Made by a program: the position numbers and the translations under genes
Source of the DNA: Halocafeteria seosinensis
Lineage: Eukaryota
Assembly: GCA_001687465.1 (NCBI GenBank)
Contig: LVLI01000018.1
Location: 1-58,408, forward strand
DNA length: 58,408 nucleotides
Direction: 5' to 3'
Part shown: positions 38,082-48,639 of the stretch, in pieces
Layout of the letters: each line of letters begins with the position of its first letter
Position numbering within the stretch: position 1 is the stretch's first letter
Notes under the pieces: generated by a model
Told to the model about the DNA's origin: nothing
What the model saw: only the letters and a program-made list of their open reading frames with translations
Database searches by the model: none

Positions 38082-41000
38082 CTACTCCACGTTCGCACTT
38101 CGGCCTTGAAGTGGATTCACTATCGTTGTAACGCTCTCTTCCGTGTCTCTCTTTCTGGGTTCACTGCTTCTTAGACCAACTCCAACATCCCGCCTGTTCG
38201 TTGTGCATATACTCTCATGAATGGCTTGCCTTCTACAATCCTTTGAATCGTTACCTTCCTTTTCTTTGCTCTCGTCGGGAACAGGATTTGTTGTTGATAC
38301 CGCATCCCGTAAACGACTGCCGACATTAAGGTCGTCCAGGTTTATTTTCCTCTCTTTCATCCACTCTGTGAGAGTTCCAAACAGTACGATCAAAATTGGA
38401 AGGAACACTCCTACATCTTCCAAGCGCCTGATTGTGCTCTCGTGCCACCCTATTGGATCCGACTGGCCCGACTCGAGAAACCTTGCACGGGAAACGTTCA
38501 AGGCTGATATTGCTGCCAGTATATAAAGCAGTAAAGTCTCGCAGTAGTTAGCAACCCGGCTCTTGAACGGTTTAAGTTTTTGCTGGACAAGCAGGAATGC
38601 AATGCAAGAGCCAGTGTTAAGCATTGTCCGAGTGTATAGATTGGGAAATAATGACACCACAACAAAAGTAAAGCGCCTCCCAAGCATTACGCTCTGCCAC
38701 ATTCTATGATTGTGTCGAAATGGTGCAGTTTCATTGAAGAATATAGCCTTTTCCGAAGTAATGGTGGTCCAAGTAGTGGCCTTGGGATGCGTCAGTTTCT
38801 TTCCGCGGGTCCGTCGGAGCCAAACGATCAGACTTGGGAGAGGAATGATTAGTGATACTACATACTCAGCAACTGTCGCGCTGTCATCCCTCAGCATTTT
38901 GAGACCGAGTGCCATAACCGCTGGGACCAGGCAGGAGTTGAAAGCGAACCAAAGAACGGCTACCCACCACCACCATCTGGCAGCACAACCTTGGGTCATA
39001 TCGATACTGACTCGCATTCCATGGCCTGGAACCTCCTGACACGAAAATAAGCTTCTGATGGCGCTAGAAAGTGAGGTAAACGTCAGAGCGGCAATGCTTG
39101 ACACTGCCACATGGTATCGACGCGGGTCGTGTTTGAAACGTTTCTTTAACTGTCGATTGAAAACTCTGTGCAGTCCATAGATACCCATAACAGTAGCAAT
39201 CAAGAGAAACCCCTTACTAGCACGAAAAGCTTCACGACCCACCGCTGTGAGACCTTCCATTGGACACCATCCTCTTTCTGCCGAAATCGGAATACCAAAA
39301 TTAGCCAGAGTGGATGCCGCTGTTGCTGCACTGACACCGCCATCGTCTGCCGTTCGCTCAGCGATTGAGACCAGGCCAAGGGACTGGTAATGAGTAATTA
39401 GAGACTTTCTAATACCTTTGGAAAAGGCTTTACGGGATACCTTTGGTCGTGTTGGAATAAGTTCTCCTGTACCTGGTCCAGAGACAAGTAGTATTAGCAG
39501 AGTAACGCCAACGGCGAGGATAACGACAAGGAACCAGAAGAGCTTGTCCGTTGTGGTAAGACATTCGGAGTTTTGTACACATCCAATTCCTCCAATTTGC
39601 TCTGATGTGCCCTCAACGCATTGGCCACATCCAATACCCGCCCGTAGCGGCGCACAGGAATGGAACGAAGGACAGGAGTTCACCCCAGACCTCTGAGAGA
39701 CATTCGTGCAACAATAACCCGCTGGACATAGGACCAGCGGGAGAACGGAAGGAGAATTTGAACTCTCATTCTTAACACCCCAAAATCCGGGAAGAGCTCG
39801 AGGAGGAGAATCACCGGGGCAAAAAGCGGCAAAAGGGCAATCGAAACATTCGATATTAAAGTACTTGTCATCATGCATTGTCCCACGTCTTAGAGTATAG
39901 CTTCGTGGGGCACACATCTCGCAATCTACTCCCAACTTCTCGATAGGAAGTTGAATAAACTTCTGTGTAGGGCATGGGAAGCACTTTTGGCTTGCCTGAA
40001 ATTCCGCTGGCCAAACATGCGTATTGAATGAATTGATATCACTCTTTTCGTGGATTATGTGTGATTCTGCGCACCGAAACTCCGTATGGTTAACGTTGAA
40101 CGAAAGAGCATCTAAGACATGAATGAGCGGGTACGATCTGCTCGTAGTTTTTCCTTCGGTGTCAAACAAAGAAGAATCGAGTGATACACTTCCTCTCCCC
40201 GCATGCTCTATCACGCTTCCAGCTCCGGCGGGAACTCTCAAGGAAGAGGAGGAGACTCTTAACGAAGACCATCCGGAAGTATATACAAGTGATCCAGAGA
40301 GATTTGCCTCAACCTTGCCTCGAACGTTCTCCATCTCCACTTCACTGTTAAGTGCAAAAATTAAGCCACCTATTCCTGGAGCTGTAGCTGTAACGTTGCT
40401 AACCATTACGTCGTTCAGCCGAACATGTAGTAATCCTTGGGTTAGCGGAGTGGGAATGGACCCCAGAACGCAGTCACAATCTGGGTCAGGCGTCAATTGC
40501 TGCGGGATTGGACTGAAATCACCAGAGTTGGAAGAAAAAGAGAATGCCCCACCACCTTGCTTGGCCGATGCATTGTATAATGTCACATTCGAAGCGGTAA
40601 AGGAGCTTCCAGGAAATGTGCCACTAACCATGTCCACAGCTCCTCCACTCTCCGCTACAGTGCTATCGCAGAAGACGTTGGAGACGTTAACGCGCGTCTC
40701 AGCAGTTCGGGGACTACTAAAAGAGAGCAAACCTCCCCTCCCACTAGAAGCGCCAAGCACGCGGATATTGGCTATCGAAAGGAACAAATCGAATACCGTT
40801 TTCCCACTACGAACATTTATCACTCCTCCGGAGTCCCCACTGTGACAGTCTTTGTATATCCCACCTGCAAGTACCACCGAGCTACTTGAGAAATGAGACG
40901 AACCCAGGAGTGATACCGCGCCGCCGGCAGTCGACGCGTCTATCCCTGCTGTGCAGTTGTGAAAAGTATTTTCCTCCATTAAAAAGAAACGTTCCGTCAC

Positions 41001-42167
41001 GTTTTCCCAAGCAGTAAGCAGTACAGCCCCTCCAGCGTTGGTTTCCGCCATCATATTTTTGAATATATTTCGGTGGAACAAGTAGGTCGTATTGACTTCT
41101 GCCTCTAAGGTAAATGTGTAAACAGCCCCTCCACCGACTCGCGCAGCTGTGTCAGAGAAGGTATTGTTCGCGAAATTGAATGTGACGCCCTCGAAGAAAT
41201 TTGCATTGGCTGCAAACGCTCCCCCATTCCTTCCCGCCCGGCATTCGGAGAAAGTGCAACCGATGATATCGACGGTGGAATCTCTCAGGACAAGCCGCTC
41301 ATACTCCTCAATGAGCACATCTTCAAACGCTGCAATGAGGAGAGTTCCACCGATACTGTCAAGCTTTCCGTTAAAGTCCTCAGACCAATGAAACATACAA
41401 CGCTTTGCTTCTAAAACGGTTCTTTCCATAGGTACGCCATTGTTCTCCCCAACGATAGCTGCAGTCCCTCCTTGGCCATGAGCATGACATCTTTGAAACG
41501 TGCTCTCTTGCATCACTATGCCGACGCCCCTAACCTTGCTAGGAGGCTTCGCGACTGTTACACCAATGGCTCCACCAAAACCTTTTGAGTCCTGCAGAGG
41601 TCTCCTAGCGGTGCAGTTGTAGAAACTGCTGCCTCGAACATTGAGAAAAACATCCTGCCCAAATATGCATCCGCCATCTGAACTAGCGCCATTCCTGTAT
41701 TCTAGATGGGCTAAGTCCACGTGCAAGTCTCCCGCGTGCGGTCGTCCGGTTCCGTTGAGCGTGAATACTCTCCCTGCTCCTTTGCAGTCAAACACCGCAG
41801 TGACACCAGGAGATTCAGGTTCAACGGTTATAGAATGTTCCACATGGTATCCATCCACTGGACATGGTAAGTCCCCGAGCGTCCGCTGCCCACCTTGAAG
41901 AAGCACACGATCCCCATCTCTTGCGAGGTCCAGAGCATATTGAAAATCGCTACACGGGCTCCCATGCGTGCAATTGGACTTTCTCGATGATTGAGGATTG
42001 AATACATGCTCAGCGCTATCGGTAACATTAGCCACACAAGCGAACATTAGGAAGCACACTTTGGTCCAGGACAACCGCTTAGTGTTCTCACCAACAACAC
42101 TCGCTAGAGCTCTTGCTGGTGGCTGAGGCTGCGGCTGCTGGCGCTGTCTCTGCTTGTGCAGTAGCAT
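38082..42167 (-). CDS. Large receptor-like protein: Pmp-like GGA(I/V/F) beta-helix repeats, Cys-rich linker, multi-pass (~7) TM domain
   Basis: 1361-aa ORF with repeated F..C.A..GGA(I/V/F), then CFDCPFAAFC...GFWG, CPAGYCC, C...RAGIGCGQC..G. About seven hydrophobic segments follow, including PFR...W..V.L.RR and PFKSRVANYCE. Confidence 0.8.
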   Translation of the reverse strand: MLLHKQRQRQQPQPQPPARALASVVGENTKRLSWTKVCFLMFACVANVTDSAEHVFNPQSSRKSNCTHGSPCSDFQYALDLARDGDRVLLQGGQRTLGDLPCPVDGYHVEHSITVEPESPGVTAVFDCKGAGRVFTLNGTGRPHAGDLHVDLAHLEYRNGASSDGGCIFGQDVFLNVRGSSFYNCTARRPLQDSKGFGGAIGVTVAKPPSKVRGVGIVMQESTFQRCHAHGQGGTAAIVGENNGVPMERTVLEAKRCMFHWSEDFNGKLDSIGGTLLIAAFEDVLIEEYERLVLRDSTVDIIGCTFSECRAGRNGGAFAANANFFEGVTFNFANNTFSDTAARVGGGAVYTFTLEAEVNTTYLFHRNIFKNMMAETNAGGAVLLTAWENVTERFFLMEENTFHNCTAGIDASTAGGAVSLLGSSHFSSSSVVLAGGIYKDCHSGDSGGVINVRSGKTVFDLFLSIANIRVLGASSGRGGLLSFSSPRTAETRVNVSNVFCDSTVAESGGAVDMVSGTFPGSSFTASNVTLYNASAKQGGGAFSFSSNSGDFSPIPQQLTPDPDCDCVLGSIPTPLTQGLLHVRLNDVMVSNVTATAPGIGGLIFALNSEVEMENVRGKVEANLSGSLVYTSGWSSLRVSSSSLRVPAGAGSVIEHAGRGSVSLDSSLFDTEGKTTSRSYPLIHVLDALSFNVNHTEFRCAESHIIHEKSDINSFNTHVWPAEFQASQKCFPCPTQKFIQLPIEKLGVDCEMCAPRSYTLRRGTMHDDKYFNIECFDCPFAAFCPGDSPPRALPGFWGVKNESSNSPSVLPLVLCPAGYCCTNVSQRSGVNSCPSFHSCAPLRAGIGCGQCVEGTSEQIGGIGCVQNSECLTTTDKLFWFLVVILAVGVTLLILLVSGPGTGELIPTRPKVSRKAFSKGIRKSLITHYQSLGLVSIAERTADDGGVSAATAASTLANFGIPISAERGWCPMEGLTAVGREAFRASKGFLLIATVMGIYGLHRVFNRQLKKRFKHDPRRYHVAVSSIAALTFTSLSSAIRSLFSCQEVPGHGMRVSIDMTQGCAARWWWWVAVLWFAFNSCLVPAVMALGLKMLRDDSATVAEYVVSLIIPLPSLIVWLRRTRGKKLTHPKATTWTTITSEKAIFFNETAPFRHNHRMWQSVMLGRRFTFVVVSLFPNLYTRTMLNTGSCIAFLLVQQKLKPFKSRVANYCETLLLYILAAISALNVSRARFLESGQSDPIGWHESTIRRLEDVGVFLPILIVLFGTLTEWMKERKINLDDLNVGSRLRDAVSTTNPVPDESKEKEGNDSKDCRRQAIHESICTTNRRDVGVGLRSSEPRKRDTEESVTTIVNPLQGRSANVE

Positions 42168-42428
42168 TACATGTATTCATGAGGGAGGTCCACACTCCAT
42201 TCCATGTAGCCGTACCATTTTCTCTGAAACAAGACAGCAGTGACGCGCAGAGGCGAGGCTCGGCGAACCCCCACCGACGTCATCTAGTCGCAAAACATTG
42301 CAGATTGTTTGTTGTACCAAGGCGGTCTCAGACAACACAAGTAAAAGTATCTTAACGTTTGTTCGAGAATTGAATCGTGGGAGCCTGACCTTTAGCAGCT
42401 GCTACCGATGACTTCTGGCATAAATTGC

Positions 42429-42745
42429 GCTTCGTGGGGCACACATCTCGCAATCTACTCCCAACTTCTCGATAGGAAGTTGAACAAACTTCTGTGTAGG
42501 GCATGGGAAGCACTTTTGGCGCATCGAAACTCCGTATGGTTAACGTTGAACGATAGAGCATCTAAGACATGAATGAGCGGGTACGATCTGCTCGTACTTT
42601 TCCCTTCGGTGTCAAACAAGGAAGAATCGAGTGAATCACTCGGAGTGATACACTTCCTCTCCTCGCGTGATCAATCACGCTCCCACTTCCCGCAGGGACT
42701 CTCAAGGAAGAGGAAGAGACATTCAACGAAGACCATTCGGAAGTA
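42429..42745 (-). pseudogene. Rearranged partial copy of the neighbouring receptor gene (source ~39900-40281)
   Basis: 42429-42520 matches 39900-39991 almost exactly. Source 39992-40070 is missing. 42521-42745 matches 40071-40281 with a 14-nt insertion at 42635-42648. Confidence 0.9.
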
Positions 42746-42907
42746 ACCACTCAATGCTTATTACACACACACCATTGCCTTAATTCAACATCCCAATGCG
42801 GTAGATGACCTAAGCTAGCTGCCTTTGATGGTATTACCGATCGTAACTAACGTACAACGTTGTATCAAAGCGTCTGCTGTTGTATCGGTTGCGCCTTTGG
42901 GACCATG

Positions 42908-44569
42908 TCAGTCCAAACTCACCTTCTTAAGGGTAGGCAAACGATTGTAGAGCTCGGTTTCTGTGATAGAGGTTGTCTCGTATCTCAGGAATTCCAGGTT
43001 CGACAGATGTCGAAAAGCATCACAAGTAATCGTTGATTGGCTGCATCCATTCATGATCAAGGTGACCAAAGAACCTAGGTGAGTGAACCCGGTGTCAGTA
43101 ATTGTCGATTGCCCGCAGCACGGCATCACAAGCGTTTTCAACTTTGATATGTGTCGAAACATGCCGTCAGTAAACGTATACTGGCAGCAGAATCCCATAT
43201 CCAGATACGTCAAGTTAGATAGCCATATGAACGCACGATCAGTGAACGTAGGTTGCCGGCAACGAGACATACGTAGCCTTCTCAATCCCGATAGATGATG
43301 GAACATGTCATCCGAAAGCTGCGTGCAGTGACTCATATCCAGCGATGTCAAGTTTGACAGCTTACAAAACGCATCATCAGAGACTGTTTCTTGCGTGCAA
43401 CGAGACATACTTAGGTGTACTACATTCGATAAATGATGAAACGCGGCACTGGTTATCGTTGTTTGGTTGCAGCCCTCCATGCTAAGAACTTCCAGATAAG
43501 ACAGATGCTGAAATGCAGTATCTGTTATTGTGGTTTGTCTGCACCCATTGATGCTTAGATTTACTAGATCAGAGAACCACTGGAAAGCGTTATCGGATAT
43601 CTCGTTCTGCTTGCATTGACTCATATTTAACCACCGCAGTTTCTTCGTTAAATGCTTGAATGCTGAACAGCTGATGACTGATTGGTCACAATACGACATA
43701 TTTAGAGATAGGAGATTCTGCAGGTGACCAAAACCCCGAGATGTAACTGTCGATTGAGCACATGCTGTCATGTCCAGCCTTGATAAGTTTCGCAGGTGAC
43801 TAAACGCCTCGTCGGAAATCCTCGTTTGGTGGCATGCTACCATGTTCAGTAAGGTCAAATTAGAGAGGTGTCGAAAAGCGTTATCCGATATCGTAGATTG
43901 GCTACATCGATCCATCTTAAGTGATTTCAGATTCGAGAGATGTTGGAACGCAGCATCTGTGATTGTGGATTGGCTGCACTCGCTCATAGCCAATGATTCC
44001 AATCTCGATAGCGATTGAAAAGCGGCGTCTGTAATCGCCAACGCATCACATTCGGACATATTCAAATGCGTCAGATTGGTCAAATGAAGGAACTCTTGAT
44101 CTGTAAGGTTATCAACGGGAGGTATACAGCAAAGTAAGCAATTACTCAAGTCCAGAGAGCGTAGCCGTGAGAATAGCGTGAAAGCAGGGAGCAGTGAATC
44201 GTCCGTATTTTCACTCATCTTGTCCTCTAGCCAATGTCCTGGCACTGAAAGATGACCACAAAAATTAGGGAACTCTAGGGTGAGTTTGTACTCCAAGTTC
44301 AGGTCCACTTCCTCGGACATTTCATCGACGTTAAACAGTGCACATCGCGGCCACGAATACTGCCGCAGAAACGGACTTACGTCTTTTGTACTCGTAGTTT
44401 CTTCCATCACAGTGTCCCAGTACTCCACACAATCGTCCAGAGACATCGTTTGACGCCTTTGGGAAGACCATCGCAGGTAGAGCTCCAACAGGCTGTCTGA
44501 AGTTCGCATCGTGGCACTTTGTTTCTGACTCCATTCGACGCCCAAACTCGTTTCGGACGGCACGTGCAC
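42908..44569 (-). CDS. Cys-containing leucine-rich repeat protein (~25-aa LxxLxMxxCxQxxIxDxAFxHL repeats)
   Basis: About 15 regular repeats in one ORF. The start is uncertain; the first ATG is at 44509. Confidence 0.85.
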   Translation of the reverse strand: MHVPSETSLGVEWSQKQSATMRTSDSLLELYLRWSSQRRQTMSLDDCVEYWDTVMEETTSTKDVSPFLRQYSWPRCALFNVDEMSEEVDLNLEYKLTLEFPNFCGHLSVPGHWLEDKMSENTDDSLLPAFTLFSRLRSLDLSNCLLCCIPPVDNLTDQEFLHLTNLTHLNMSECDALAITDAAFQSLSRLESLAMSECSQSTITDAAFQHLSNLKSLKMDRCSQSTISDNAFRHLSNLTLLNMVACHQTRISDEAFSHLRNLSRLDMTACAQSTVTSRGFGHLQNLLSLNMSYCDQSVISCSAFKHLTKKLRWLNMSQCKQNEISDNAFQWFSDLVNLSINGCRQTTITDTAFQHLSYLEVLSMEGCNQTTITSAAFHHLSNVVHLSMSRCTQETVSDDAFCKLSNLTSLDMSHCTQLSDDMFHHLSGLRRLRMSRCRQPTFTDRAFIWLSNLTYLDMGFCCQYTFTDGMFRHISKLKTLVMPCCGQSTITDTGFTHLGSLVTLIMNGCSQSTITCDAFRHLSNLEFLRYETTSITETELYNRLPTLKKVSLD

Positions 44570-45315
44570 ACGCTAAACGGCACCCGAGCCTAATGTCATA
44601 CACGCCTCAGAATTAAGAAGGGAAATATCTATACATTGCAATATACACCAACTTAACCTGCAGTGCCAAAACGCGTGAGACCGTAACTTCAACTTGAGGC
44701 TGACATACCAGTATACTTCTCGAGTTCCACGGGTAACATGTGACCAATGTCGCATTGGATTGGAATGGACGGCAAGATGACAGGGAAACAGCAGAGTGGG
44801 CCTGCGACGAGCTTTCTGGGCTCTGTGGTTCCAACTCGATTGCATGGAGCAATATACTTCAGCGGATGGAATTCATGACGCCATGGCCCCAGCCCAAAGG
44901 CGCCACTTAAATTCTCGACTCAGCCACAGCGTGGGCCTTGGCCATGACGCGCACAGAGAGAGATAGACAGTGGGAGATCGTTCCAATGGGAGTAAACCCC
45001 TCTCTTCTCTTACTTGTAACATTGTGTACGGAATATCTCTCTATTTGATTTCCATCCACGGGGCACAATTCCACTTTCATGGAATTCTCTTTCCTATGAA
45101 GCGCATGTAAAGAAGAAAGACGATGCACCTACACTATACTACTTCGTAGACTATGATTTTTCTCTGCGAATATAACAGACTACGCCCCATGATGACCTTG
45201 ATAAACGGCAGCGGCAGCTGCCGCAATACACAATGTCTTTTGAATTCTTTTTGAGTACTTCCCCCTGCATGAATTGTTGCCTATTACTCACCCATACTCC
45301 AAAATATAGAGAAAA

Positions 45316-47186
45316 ATGAGCTCTTCATCAACATCTTCGTCCCATGCAGCCACAGCTAGAGCATTAGAAGCTACAGCGGCAGCAGCGCAGGAGGCTCTCC
45401 GAGGAAGAGGAGGCGAACCAGGGCCTTCATCTTCTTCTTCTTCCGTAGCTTTATTACAGCCCTCTTTCGCCTGGGTCCATAACTTAGGGGAGCGAAGCAG
45501 TCAACAATGGCAGCACTTGGTGCAATTATCGAGAACGCGAGAGGGACGCCGTCTCTTGGCCACGATAGCGCTGGGAGGAGGAATCTGCGTTCTGGGGACC
45601 TGGGCTCTTGTACGCGCTTCCAGGGCTTCAGAAGAGGATGAAGAGGACCACCAGCATCATCAGGGATGGCTGTCCTCGGTACTGGGGTACTTTACCATGC
45701 AGGGGAAGCAATCTGAAAGCCAGGCTGAAAGCAGCCACGGGGAAGGAATCGTGGTGGAATTCAACAAATACGAGAAGACCCTCAAGGAAGAATTGGTCTA
45801 TCCTCATCAAATTAAGGAGAATTTCGATAGCATAGGAGGTCTCCAGGAAGAGGTACGTGCGGCGCTGGGGTGTCTATGCAACTGTATTCACGTGGCCACT
45901 GGAGCTGCAGGTGAAACGCATTAAGGAGCTCGTGGTATTGCCATTGAAAAAGGCTCATTTATACAGACGTTCCAGGCTAGCAACTGGTCCTTCTGGGTTA
46001 CTACTCTATGGACCGCCAGGTATGTATGCCACCGACTTCTTGTTCCCTCCTAGAGAAAGCACTGGACCGTGTGGAATCTGCAGGGACTGGGAAGACATTG
46101 TTAGCTAAAGCACTTGCGAAGCAATGTGGTGCGGCGTTTCTCAATGTGAGCCCTTCAGCGCTACTTTCAAAATGGGTTGGCGAGTCCGAAAAACTGACGA
46201 CGGCTGTGTTTTCTCTAGCGAGGAAACTCTCGCCTACAGTGATCTTTATTGATGAAATAGACGGACTACTCAGCAGCCGAAATACTGGCCAAGAAAACTC
46301 TGTTCATTCCAAAGTCAAAACGCTTTTCATGAGTTGTTGGGATGGCTTAGCGACACAGCATGCGGAGTACGTTGATGTTGGAACCAATGGCACAGGTAAA
46401 GGCACTGTCGAGCTTCGCAACTGGGTATTCGTCATTGGTGCAACAAATCGTCCCTGGGCATTAGATGAAGCCATTCTCCGCCGACTTCCTCATCAACTCA
46501 AAGTGGATGTACCCAACTTTGAGGCTCGAAAACATATAATAAGGATTTTACTGAAGGAGGAAGATTGCTTTGACAGCAGCGGTCTGGATTTGGATACTTT
46601 AGCGCGCATGACGAACAATTATACGGGAAGTGATTTAAAGGAAGTATGTAGACTTGCTGTGCTGCAAGTGATCAAGGATGCAGATGCTGATGAACAACGA
46701 CTGATAGATGCGGAAGAGAACAGAGCTTCTGAGGAATGGAGGCAACGTGAAGATATTAGGGACCGGTACAAGAATAAAATACCCAGTCAAACAGCCGACG
46801 AAAAGAGCAACCTTCAGGCCAAAGACGTTACAGCAGAGCTAATAGAAGAGATTTCATCTCGCCGCCAACGACCACCTAGTTGGCTGACGGTAAACCAGGA
46901 ACAGTTTAGAGAGCGAAGGGAGGAAGACATTGCTGATCGCAAGTATCTTGCCTTAGAAAACACATCGGTTCCGTTAAGGAAGCTCCAAATGAATGATTTC
47001 ATTGAGGCGCTACGGTCGGTCAAACCATCAGGCGCATCTGCATACGAATACCTAGAAGAGACACAGAGCGCCATGGGCTCATCGACACCAACGTTTACTC
47101 CGGCAGGAGCAGCCTATGGCGAAGGAATTCGAGGAAATTCAAAGCGGCTTCTGGGTGCTCTCCAGGGACAACAACAACCTGAATAG
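45316..47186 (+). CDS. MSP1: Msp1/ATAD1-type membrane-anchored AAA+ ATPase (2 introns)
   Basis: N-terminal TM LLATIALGGGICVLGTWALV, then FNKYEKTL..ELVYP..I..NFDSIGGL, GLLLYGPP|GTGKT, LLSKWVGESEKL, IFIDEID and GATNRP..LDEAILRR. Confidence 0.85.
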
Positions 47187-47376
47187 CAAATTTTCAAGAA
47201 CTATGGACAGATTGCCACTTCTATCTAGCTATGAATTCTATTGTAAAATGCGTCTGTCCTGTTGTCGAAATTATGTATCGGTTACAATATGGTACATGAT
47301 TTTGTGCTCTCAAGGATATTGCATTTTCCACTTTCTCAAGAAAGGGGCGCCATGCTTCGGAAGGCTAGTGCTCTAA

Positions 47377-47942
47377 CTACAATGACGATGAACAGAATGA
47401 TGTAAACAGAAGTACCAACATCATCATCAACGAACTGTTAACCAAAGTTGCAACCGCTGAACATGTGGTCGTATACAACCCATCGCACTTTGACAAGCAC
47501 TTGCTATCACATTCAAAGCACGATGACACCTCTAACTTGTACGTGCCACCGTGCGCGCAATCACAACTGCAGGTATGGCCGTTCCCGTTGGTATCGTCGT
47601 CACTGTTATCGTCTCCACTGTCATCGTTAGCGTAATAGTCGTCACTGCATTCACCATTGTAACAGTTCAGTGTGTTCCCTTCTACTGTACAGCAGGAAGT
47701 AAAACCAAGCCGACAGCAGTATTGTGGCAAATTTGCACATTCTCCATAACCAAATTGGCAGCCGCGTAACTCTGGATCTCTCACCGATGATACAACCCTG
47801 AACAGACAGCAGGAGTAAACAGAACGCATAAAGCAACTAACAAATCCATTTGTCCGGTATGTAACCGCACTTACTCCTTGCTAGCTTCAGTAACAAGGAA
47901 GAGGGTAGAGAGCATAAATATGAATGCTCCTAGGAGTTGCAT
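47377..47942 (-). CDS. Small Cys-rich secreted, possibly GPI-anchored protein (one intron)
   Basis: Exon 1 (MQLLGAFIFMLSTLFLVTEASK, a signal peptide) splices via GTAAGT...TTCAG in phase into the Cys-rich ORF, which has a D/N-rich linker and a hydrophobic C-terminus. Confidence 0.7.
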
Positions 47943-48639
47943 CTTCTGATTTTGGTATCTGAGAACCAGCAGACATGCATACATTGTACGTGTAGAGATT
48001 GGCCCCGTATGAGCGGGGGTAGGTCAGTAGTACTCAGTACCGACGCGAGAAACAAGAGAATCTCAAAATAAGATGTTCATGCAACTGTTTCTTTGTTCTG
48101 CCTGGAGTACCGTCGGACACTCTCATACAAGAGTGCAAGCAGTTGTAGGATATCTCTGTCCACCCGATTCCCAACTGGGCTTCTTGCCAAGTTATTGACC
48201 GGCGACTGGATTTGATTCACTCAAGGTTTTCAGACAATCTGCGACTGCTAGATTAAGAAACTCAATCAAGTGAATCTAATGCCAGCGATCGAACACCCCT
48301 TGAAATCGCTCCCTCATCCTTGCAAAAACGCGGCTGCGGCACTTGAGATTCAGACTGAGAACGCTCTTGGTCGGTTCGATCAACTTAATACACACGTTCA
48401 GACTATATGGTATGAACCTTCTCCCCATTATAAGAGAACGCCTACCTTGGTTACTACTTCTCCGTAGTACTCATTTCTGGATGAGCTGGGAACTTACAAA
48501 CCGTTAAATGACTGTTGAACTGAATAGTGCAAACCCACTTGGCAACACTGGCCCGGGCCCCCGAACGGGGTCCAATGGCGACGTTTATTACCTAAGGTAA
48601 GGGCAAAAAACCGCAACAAAAAGGATTAGGGGAAAGGAG

